Origin: Planctomycetota bacterium
Lineage (GTDB): Bacteria; Planctomycetota; UBA1135; GCA-002686595
Assembly: GCA_028823185.1 (NCBI GenBank)
Contig: JAPKBY010000001.1
Location: 1 to 25,751 of the forward strand
Reading direction: 5' to 3'
Length of the DNA stretch: 25,751 bases
The notes below the pieces were generated by a model. It was not told where the DNA came from. It saw nothing but the letters and a program-made list of their open reading frames with translations, and searched no databases. This document shows positions 1 through 6,504 of this stretch, piece by piece. Positions within the stretch are counted from its first letter, which is position 1, and the number at the start of each line of letters is the position of its first letter. Made by a program: the position numbers and the translations under genes.

Positions 1-708
1 CATATCTGGCACCGAAACTTCGTCTCGCCCGGGACGTACGCGTATACGAACCCCCTGAATGGCGCGACCGGCGAGGTCGTCGTGGTCGGTGATGTCCAGG
101 AGGTCGCAGGCTTCAAGTCCGGTGTTGGTCAGCACCGCTTCGTGGTCCCGACCTCTGCTGGTCTCACCTATGAGCTCTTGTTCTCGGACTATCAGGGGAA
201 CATCTCGGCATCGGACGCCTACGGCGCGGGGGGGACCGGCTTCCCGACCTTCTGCTATGGCGACGGCAACGGGACGCCTTGTCCCTGCGGCAACACGGGC
301 AGCGCGGGCCGCGGCTGCGCGAACCATGGACCCTTTATGGACGGCGCGCTCATGCAGGGCGTCGGATCGCAGTCGGTCAGCGCAGACTCCTTCATGCTGG
401 CATCCCTGAACCTCGTCCCGAGCCAGCCTGGCCTCTATTTCCAGGGCAATAACGCGGTGGGGGGCGGACTCGGCACCGTCTTTGGCGATGGGTTGCGCTG
501 CGTCGGCGGCGGGGTCGTGCGCCTCGAGGTGGTCTTCGCTGATCCTGGCGGAGTCTCCTTTACGACGGTCGGGATCGCCTCCAAGGGCGGCGTACAGGCC
601 GGCGATATAAAGCGCTATCAGCTCTGGTATCGCAGCCCTGGCCCGACCAGCGCTTGTGGCAACACCTTCAACCTCACCAATGGTGTCGAGGTCTGGTGGG
701 CCCCCTGA
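1..708 (+). CDS. 5'-truncated, probably secreted protein: cupredoxin-like strand segment followed by a Cys/Gly-rich C-terminal domain
   Basis: Frame 1 is open from base 1 (HIWHRNFVSPGTYAYTNPLNGATGEVVVVG...) to TGA at 706-708. The C-terminus reads FCYGDGNGTPCPCGN...GCAN...GDGLRCVGGGVVRL...YQLWYR...CGNTFNLTNGVEVWWAP. The start lies outside the window. Confidence 0.8.
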   Translation, partial: HIWHRNFVSPGTYAYTNPLNGATGEVVVVGDVQEVAGFKSGVGQHRFVVPTSAGLTYELLFSDYQGNISASDAYGAGGTGFPTFCYGDGNGTPCPCGNTGSAGRGCANHGPFMDGALMQGVGSQSVSADSFMLASLNLVPSQPGLYFQGNNAVGGGLGTVFGDGLRCVGGGVVRLEVVFADPGGVSFTTVGIASKGGVQAGDIKRYQLWYRSPGPTSACGNTFNLTNGVEVWWAP

Positions 709-742
709 GGTTTCGCGCGGAGTGAGGGGCTATGCTCCTAGC

Positions 743-2395
743 GTGATCGCGCTCTTCATTCTCTCGACGCTCGCTCTTGGAGACGGCCTCTTCGTTGAGG
801 TGACTTCTGAGGCGCTGCTCTCGCACCCGACGACCTGTGGGGCGGTAGAGAAGGATTGGATCTTGGAAGTGAACGGCGGTGGTCTCGTCGTCGAAGACTT
901 CAACGGCGATGGACACCTAGACCTCGTCGTCGTAGATGGTTCAACGCTAGCGCGCGTACAAGCTGGTGAGCCAGGTGAAGCGCCGCGCCTCTATCTAGGA
1001 GATGGGCAGTGCGGATTTACGCTCGCAGGCGAGGCCTGGGAGATGAGCGGCGGGCGCTGGGGGATGGGCGGCACGAGCGGCGACTTGAACGCTGACGGTT
1101 TCGCGGACCTCGTCGTCACGCAGTGGGGGCCTGATCGAGTCTTCTTGAACGAGGGCGGCGCGGGCTTCAAAGAGGTGACCGAGGAGGCCGGCTTGGTCGG
1201 TGAGCGTTGGGGGACTTCTTGTGCGGTCCTAGACGCAGACGCTGATGGGATCCTAGATCTCGTCGTGACGAATTATCTGGCCTTCGACCCAGAGCTCGTG
1301 AATCCACGCGGATCTGGATGTTCTTGGAAGGGGCACGATGTGATGTGCGGCCCAGAGGGGCTCGTCCCGGTTCATGACCAGCTCTATCGCGGCTTGGGTG
1401 ATGGACGCTTTGAAGACATAACGAATGCAGCCGCCTTCGCTCCGGAGGAGGCGGGCTATGGCTTGGGTGTCATGACCCTCGACTTTGATGGGGATGGATG
1501 GACAGACATCTACACGGCGAATGATTCGACCCCGAATCACTTGTGGCGCAACAAGGGTGACGGGAGCTTTGAAGAGATCGCCTGGCGCTATGGCGTCGGT
1601 CATGACGCGAACGGCAAAGAGCAGGCTGGGATGGGGATCGCCTGCGGTGACGCGAACTCCGACGGGGTCCCTGACCTCTTCGTCACGAACTTCTCCGGAG
1701 AGAACAACTCCTTCTACCAGTCGAGAGGTGAGCGCTTCCGTGAGCGCGCGCACGCGGTCGGCCTCGGCGGCGCGAGCCTGAGACGTCTGGGCTGGGGTAC
1801 GGGATATGGTGACTTTGACCTCGACGGTCGCTTGGACTTGTTCGTCCTGAATGGTCACGTCTATCCGCAAGCTGATCAGCCAGGGACTGACACGAGCTAT
1901 TCACAGACGGATCAGATCTTCTTTCAATCAACGGCCGGGCGCTTTGTTGAGAGCGAGCTCCCGGGGCTCCCGCGCACGAGCCGAGCTGGCGTCACGGCAG
2001 ACCTAGACGGCGACGGAGACCTGGACCTCATCGCCTTAGAGCTGGGTGGTCCTGCGCGGGTCTGGGAGAACACCTTGCTCGATGGGACGAAGGATGAGGT
2101 CAGCAGCGCGCCTTGGCTGGGCGTCCGCCTCAAAGGCCGTGGCGCGTGTGGTGCGCGAATAGAGCTCAGCTATGAGGTCGATGGAGCGCAGGCGCTCCGC
2201 TATGCACATGTGCGAACCGCTGCCGGATTTCAAGCGAGCGCTCCGCTCGTCGCACACCTCGTGGCGAAGGGATATGACCGGAGCTCGAAGGCCACTCTGC
2301 GGGTCGTATGGCTCGGAGGTGATGTGAGTGAGCTCGAGCTCAGCGCCCTTGATCAGTGGATCGAGGTCGAGCACACGGCTGAGGAGGCGCGATGA
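743..2395 (+). CDS. CRTAC1-family FG-GAP/VCBS repeat protein with degenerate ASPIC/UnbV C-terminus
   Basis: Repeated DFNGDGHLDL, DLNADGFADL, DADADGILDL, DFDGDGWTDI, DFDLDGRLDL and DLDGDGDLDL Ca-binding repeats, plus family motifs NGGG, GMG and NGHVYPQ. GTG at 743 begins a hydrophobic signal-like segment (VIALFILSTLALG). The track start at 656 overlaps the upstream gene and is unlikely. Confidence 0.88.
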   Translation: MIALFILSTLALGDGLFVEVTSEALLSHPTTCGAVEKDWILEVNGGGLVVEDFNGDGHLDLVVVDGSTLARVQAGEPGEAPRLYLGDGQCGFTLAGEAWEMSGGRWGMGGTSGDLNADGFADLVVTQWGPDRVFLNEGGAGFKEVTEEAGLVGERWGTSCAVLDADADGILDLVVTNYLAFDPELVNPRGSGCSWKGHDVMCGPEGLVPVHDQLYRGLGDGRFEDITNAAAFAPEEAGYGLGVMTLDFDGDGWTDIYTANDSTPNHLWRNKGDGSFEEIAWRYGVGHDANGKEQAGMGIACGDANSDGVPDLFVTNFSGENNSFYQSRGERFRERAHAVGLGGASLRRLGWGTGYGDFDLDGRLDLFVLNGHVYPQADQPGTDTSYSQTDQIFFQSTAGRFVESELPGLPRTSRAGVTADLDGDGDLDLIALELGGPARVWENTLLDGTKDEVSSAPWLGVRLKGRGACGARIELSYEVDGAQALRYAHVRTAAGFQASAPLVAHLVAKGYDRSSKATLRVVWLGGDVSELELSALDQWIEVEHTAEEAR

Positions 2396-3525
2396 CAGCC
2401 CTCCTCGCCTTGCTCCTTTCGCTCAGCCTGCAAGACGGCACGAGCAAATCACAAGAGCGAGCGCCTGTTCTGGATCGCTCTCCCCTTGAGTGGGTGCGTG
2501 CGGAAGAGGGAGCCTGGAGTGGCTGGGATCCCGTGCGTAGCGGTCCGCCGACCGAGGCAGCGCGCGCTCCTCTACGGAGAGCCCTTGAGGCTGTAGAGCG
2601 ACGTGACTTGACGGCTGCCTTGGATGCTTGGTTCGCTCTGCTCGAAGTAGAGCCGGACTATCCGCCCGCTCTCTATCAAGCGGGCGTCGTCTACTTTCGT
2701 TTGCGGCGCTATTCAGACGCCGCGCTGGCCTTTGAGCGCTTCCTCTCCGTCGCGCCGCAGCGCCTCCCGGACACGCGCGCTCTCGGCCACTGTCACTACT
2801 CCTTAGGTCGCTATGAGGAGGCAGCGGCGCACTATGAGAGAGTGCTCGTTTTGGGCGAGACGCCTGGGCTCCTCTTTGGATTGGGGCTCGCTCGCTTACG
2901 GCTGGGGGAAGAGGAGTCGGCTCAAGAGCACTTAGAGCGCGTCATCGAGCTGAACCCTGCTCATCAAGAGGCTCACACGTGGTTGGCGCAGCTCCACTTC
3001 GACGCTGGGCGCGCGGAGGAGGCGCGAGTCTCCGCTGATCGCGCGAAGGGCATCGATCCATTCACACCGCGGCCGTGGTTTCTCTTGGCGCGAGTGCTGC
3101 TTGAGCTTGGCGAGGATGATGAAGCCGATGAGGCCCACTCGCGCTTCAAGAGCTTGGAGCGCACGGCTCAAGAGGTGCGCACCTTGAAGGGCAGATTGCT
3201 GTACAAGCCGTATCAGCCTTCACTTCACGCTCGGCTCGTTGAGCTTCATGTCGCAGTCAGAAATGTGAAAGGGGCTCGCGCTGCGCTCTCTCGATGGGAG
3301 GCCCTTGACCCTCTGGCCATAGGCTCAAAGCTCGCGGGTCTCGCTGCTTGGGAGCTTTTGAAGCTTCCAGATCAGGCTGAGGTGGCGGCTGCAGCTCTCG
3401 CGGAGGTGGCTGGCGATTCCGTCGATGCGTGGGCCGCGCTCGCGCGTTATTACCGGCTAACTCGAGACCGAGTTCGGCAGGTGAGCGCGGAGCAGCGCTG
3501 GCTTGAGCTCTCCCGAGCTAGATAA
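2392..3525 (+). CDS. Tetratricopeptide-repeat protein with N-terminal signal peptide
   Basis: ATGA overlap with the upstream stop; N-terminus MTALLALLLSLSLQD; several TPR-like helical pairs (ALYQAGVVYFRLRRYSDAALAFER, LGHCHYSLGRYEEAAAHYER, LGEEESAQEHLERVIELNP). Confidence 0.85.
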   Translation: MTALLALLLSLSLQDGTSKSQERAPVLDRSPLEWVRAEEGAWSGWDPVRSGPPTEAARAPLRRALEAVERRDLTAALDAWFALLEVEPDYPPALYQAGVVYFRLRRYSDAALAFERFLSVAPQRLPDTRALGHCHYSLGRYEEAAAHYERVLVLGETPGLLFGLGLARLRLGEEESAQEHLERVIELNPAHQEAHTWLAQLHFDAGRAEEARVSADRAKGIDPFTPRPWFLLARVLLELGEDDEADEAHSRFKSLERTAQEVRTLKGRLLYKPYQPSLHARLVELHVAVRNVKGARAALSRWEALDPLAIGSKLAGLAAWELLKLPDQAEVAAAALAEVAGDSVDAWAALARYYRLTRDRVRQVSAEQRWLELSRAR

Positions 3526-3547
3526 ACAGGCTCATAGAAAAGGGACA

Positions 3548-3576
3548 AGCCGCACCGGCAGGCAACCGGTGCGGCT
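3548..3576 (-). terminator. Strong stem-loop between convergent genes, candidate terminator
   Basis: Perfect 11-bp inverted repeat AGCCGCACCGG / CCGGTGCGGCT with a 7-nt loop. The minus-strand tail TGTCCCTTTTCT is only an interrupted U-tract. Confidence 0.5.
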
Positions 3577-3663
3577 CTAAGGAAGCGCTAACAAAGCCAG
3601 GGTGGAGAGCGCGGCTCTCCGGTTTACATGTCGCGGGCCGTGACTCCCGCGACAGTGTTCAAT

Positions 3664-3882
3664 TTAGGCGGACTCTTTCCCGGGGTTCTTGCGGGGGCGG
3701 CCGCCGCGTGTCTTGCGGGTCTCGAGGTGCTCGCGGAAGTTGTCCCAGTCGACAGGGCTGTAGAGCTTCACGCGCTCGCCGCAGCTCACGCACCATGAGG
3801 TGTCGAGGCCCATCAGGTAGTTGACATAGCCGTCGCAGTTTTCGCAGAACTTTTTGTCGTTGTAGTAGTCGGGGCGTTCCAT
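3664..3882 (-). CDS. 72-aa zinc-ribbon protein with C-terminal AT-hook-like basic tail
   Basis: MERPDYYNDKKF-CENC-x14-CVSC-G...RKTRGGRPRKNPGKESA. ATG at 3882 is preferred over the track's 3972 start, whose extension runs through the promoter. Codons are strongly C/G-ending. Confidence 0.8.
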   Translation of the reverse strand: MERPDYYNDKKFCENCDGYVNYLMGLDTSWCVSCGERVKLYSPVDWDNFREHLETRKTRGGRPRKNPGKESA

Positions 3883-3955
3883 GGTGTGTCTCGTCGGTGT
3901 GTGGTGTTTGCGGTGGTCAGTAGAGGCTTGCCGTCCTCTAGGACACCTGGATAGA

Positions 3956-3972
3956 AGCAAGCTCCTTGCCAA
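3956..3972 (-). promoter_or_regulatory. Sigma54 (RpoN) -24/-12 promoter
   Basis: Minus strand reads TTGGCAAGGAGCTTGCT against consensus YTGGCACGRNNNTTGCW: one mismatch and exact GG-N10-GC spacing. Predicted TSS is about 3945, roughly 63 nt before ATG 3882. Confidence 0.75.
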
Positions 3973-3976
3973 GTGA

Positions 3977-3989
3977 ACTCAATTGTTTG
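3977..3989 (+). promoter_or_regulatory. IHF-like binding site
   Basis: ACTCAATTGTTTG against WATCAANNNNTTR (one mismatch), lying between the sigma54 motif and the upstream palindromes. Confidence 0.4.
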
Positions 3990-4067
3990 TTAGAAGTTGC
4001 AAATGGCCATTAGGGGTGTATGTAGATCGATTTTGAGCTGGAGTGTTTCGGGTGTGAAAGCCCGGGG

Positions 4068-4085
4068 TGTCGATTTTGATCGACA
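4068..4085. promoter_or_regulatory. Palindromic operator/enhancer copy 1 (TGTCGAT-N4-ATCGACA)
   Basis: TGTCGAT TTTG ATCGACA, centred about 130 bp upstream of the predicted sigma54 TSS. Confidence 0.55.
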
Positions 4086-4219
4086 TCTGTTGAGTGTCCC
4101 GAACGCTCAACAGGTGGTCGTGCTGGCGCCTCAGTGGCGAAAGCGAAGACAGGGCTCTCTTGGAACGGCCTCTGTTGCCTCGCAAGGGGTGATGTTCAGG
4201 AACTTAAACCTCGTCCCAA

Positions 4220-4239
4220 ATGTCGATCTCAATCGACAT
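4220..4239. promoter_or_regulatory. Palindromic operator/enhancer copy 2 (ATGTCGAT-N4-ATCGACAT), overlapping the queG stop
   Basis: ATGTCGAT CTCA ATCGACAT has the same arms and spacer length as 4068-4085, 153 bp away. Confidence 0.5.
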
Positions 4240-5350
4240 CGTCGCAGCGAGCACGCGCTGCGCGCAGCTCGGCTGCGATGCGCTCATCATCCTCTCGCTC
4301 TGCGGCTCCCTCTAGCGCCTGCTTTGTTGCCTGATCCTCTCCAAAGCTTCGAGCCAGAGAGTGCCCTGCCGTTTCGCGCACCAAGCCATCAGGATCGAAG
4401 GAGAGCGCTCTCAGCAGTACGCCTAGGGCCTCATCGCCGCCGCGATTGCCGAGGACGATGGCGGCGTTGCGGGCGAGGCCTGCGCGCTTGGGGCGTTGGA
4501 GAGGGGAGCCTTGGTAGCGCTCTCCGAAAGGGATCGGGTCCTCTAGCCAACTAACTAGGGGTCTGTCCTTCAGAGCATCGTGGAGCCCGAAGCGCTCAGA
4601 GAGGTCAGGCGCGTCGCGTCCCCAGGGGCAAACTTCAGAGCAGATGTCGCAGCCGAAGACCCAATCACCGATGGACTCGTGCAGCTCCGTTGGGATGGGA
4701 CCGCGGTTCTCAATGGTTTGATAAGAGATACAGCGCGCAGAGTCGAGGACACCTGGTGAGATGAGCGCATCTGTGGGGCAGGCGTCTAGGCAGGCTGTGC
4801 AGGTCCCGCATGATCCTGGTGCGGGAGCGGTCGTGGGCTCGAGCTCTTCACCTATGAGCAGTTCACCCAAGAAGAACCACGGGCCGAAGTCTGGATGCAG
4901 GAGGTTGGCAGCTTTGGACTCGAAGCCTAGGCCAGCGACGGCAGCGTGTGAGCGCTCTAGCAGCGGGCCAGCATCGACGATCTGTCTAGAGGGTCCTGCG
5001 AAGCCTGCGGTATCGAGCCGTCGAGCGAGCTTCTTGAGCATGCGCCCCATGACGTTGTGGTAGTCGCGCCCTGCAGCGTAGCGGGCGACCCGTCCGCCAC
5101 CTTCGAGCTCCATGGGGGCGCGTGAGTGGCCAAGTCCTAAAACGATGATGCTCCCAGCCTCAGGCAGCGTCAGACGAGGATCGAGGATGCGCTCCTTATT
5201 TCGCTCGAGCCAGCCCATGCCGGCGTGGTGTCCATTCTCCAGCCACGCCTCAAAGTGAGGTCCGGCGGGGGGTGGGGTTGGGGGAGCGACACCGACGAGA
5301 TCAAAGCCGACCTCTCTCGCGTGCTCTTCAAGCTCTTCTCTGCGATTCAC
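4229..5350 (-). CDS. queG: tRNA epoxyqueuosine(34) reductase
   Basis: Motifs RYAAGRDYH, VDAGPLLER, GPWFFLGEL, CGTCTACLDACPT, CISYQTIE and GCDICSEVCPW (two 4Fe-4S clusters), with a C-terminal HEAT-like region (RNAAIVLGN). Confidence 0.95.
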   Translation of the reverse strand: MNRREELEEHAREVGFDLVGVAPPTPPPAGPHFEAWLENGHHAGMGWLERNKERILDPRLTLPEAGSIIVLGLGHSRAPMELEGGGRVARYAAGRDYHNVMGRMLKKLARRLDTAGFAGPSRQIVDAGPLLERSHAAVAGLGFESKAANLLHPDFGPWFFLGELLIGEELEPTTAPAPGSCGTCTACLDACPTDALISPGVLDSARCISYQTIENRGPIPTELHESIGDWVFGCDICSEVCPWGRDAPDLSERFGLHDALKDRPLVSWLEDPIPFGERYQGSPLQRPKRAGLARNAAIVLGNRGGDEALGVLLRALSFDPDGLVRETAGHSLARSFGEDQATKQALEGAAEREDDERIAAELRAARARCDDVD

Positions 5351-5607
5351 TCCCTTAAGATAGCTAGCACAGCGGCCCTAGGGGTCCTCGGCTCGCAATG
5401 AACTGTTGTAGAGGGATGCCGAGCGGGAACGAGCTACTTCTATTACAATGAGGGCTCCTGAGGACCTTCCTGCCGCATAGAGAGCGGTAAATCGGGGTTT
5501 TTCCAATGGATTTCCAGTAACTGCGCGTCAGAACGCTCATAAGAAAACAGACACGAGGCTCCGCCCCTACGAGCCGCTCCTTTCCTCAACGAGAATTTAC
5601 CCGCTTC

Positions 5608-6504
5608 ATGCAGGCCATTGACCCCTTCGCCTCCTCCCGTGCGCTCCTCGGAGTAGCCGGTGCACCCCTACTGCTCGAACGCATCGAGCAGCTGGCGGGT
5701 GAGCTTCAGCCAGGAGAAGAGGAGCGCATCAAGGGGATCATCAATGAATCCGAGCGGGCTCCCGAGTCTGTTCGAGACGCGATCTCGACCCGCTTGATGG
5801 AGTGCTTTAGGCATGAACAAACTCGAGGTGTGTTTGGCTTGCTCTACGAGCTCAACGGGCCCCACCTCTTGGTTCAGGTCGCTGGCAGGCTTCGGCGCTA
5901 TGGGAGCCACGTGGACCCGGGTGATGTGCTGCAAGAGGTCTTTTTCAACGTCTATCGTTATCCGCACCGCTTCGATGCGTCTAGAGAGGACGCCTTCAGG
6001 GTTTGGTCGGCGATGATCGTGCGCAATACGGTGCTCAAGCATCTGCGCTCTCTGAGTCGCAGCGGCCGCGCTGAGGTGCCGATTGAGGATCTACCGGAAC
6101 CGCCGGAGACGAACGAGGGCACTCCCCTCGGCGGTGTCATTGAGACCGAGAGCCGCGAAGAGTGTGCGCGCGTCTACCTGAACTATTTACAGCTCTACTT
6201 GGAGTTCTACACGATGCTCTCGGAGCGTGAGCGTTTTGCCTTGCACCTCGTCGAAGTCGAAGAGTGGAGCTATCGGCAGACGGCCGCGGAGCTGGGCATC
6301 AAGCTCGAGAACTTGAAGATGGTGATCTTCCGGGCACGCCGGAAGATTCATCGCTCGATGAGGCGCGTCTTTGACGGCCTCGCCCCTGATTGTCGACCAG
6401 CTCGAGATCCTTCTTCTGAGGAGCTCCTTGCTGATGATCAGAGAGGTGTCGCAACCTCTCCCACTGCTCTGACCGACTCGGTCGAGGATGGATTAATAGA
6501 ATGA
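5608..6504 (+). CDS. ECF (sigma70 group 4) sigma factor with N- and C-terminal extensions
   Basis: Region 2: DPGDVLQEVFFNVYRYPHRFD...FRVWSAMIVRNTVLKHLR. Region 4: LSERERFALHLVEVEEWSYRQTAAELGIKLENLKMVIFRARRKI. Confidence 0.9.
   Translation: MQAIDPFASSRALLGVAGAPLLLERIEQLAGELQPGEEERIKGIINESERAPESVRDAISTRLMECFRHEQTRGVFGLLYELNGPHLLVQVAGRLRRYGSHVDPGDVLQEVFFNVYRYPHRFDASREDAFRVWSAMIVRNTVLKHLRSLSRSGRAEVPIEDLPEPPETNEGTPLGGVIETESREECARVYLNYLQLYLEFYTMLSERERFALHLVEVEEWSYRQTAAELGIKLENLKMVIFRARRKIHRSMRRVFDGLAPDCRPARDPSSEELLADDQRGVATSPTALTDSVEDGLIE

Noticed and set aside
4050-4067. GGGTGTGAAAGCCCGGGG resembles a short stretch of 16S rRNA
   Set aside because: The match is under 20 nt with no flanking rRNA similarity; treated as chance.
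3997-4554. 185-aa plus-strand ORF (and 4134-4334)
   Set aside because: It overlaps queG in antisense and the regulatory region, is Arg/Leu-rich and has no motifs; shadow ORF.
5426-5450. GGAAC upstream of the ECF gene as an autoregulatory -35 element
   Set aside because: No recognisable ECF -10 at 16-17 bp spacing and no second copy to support it.
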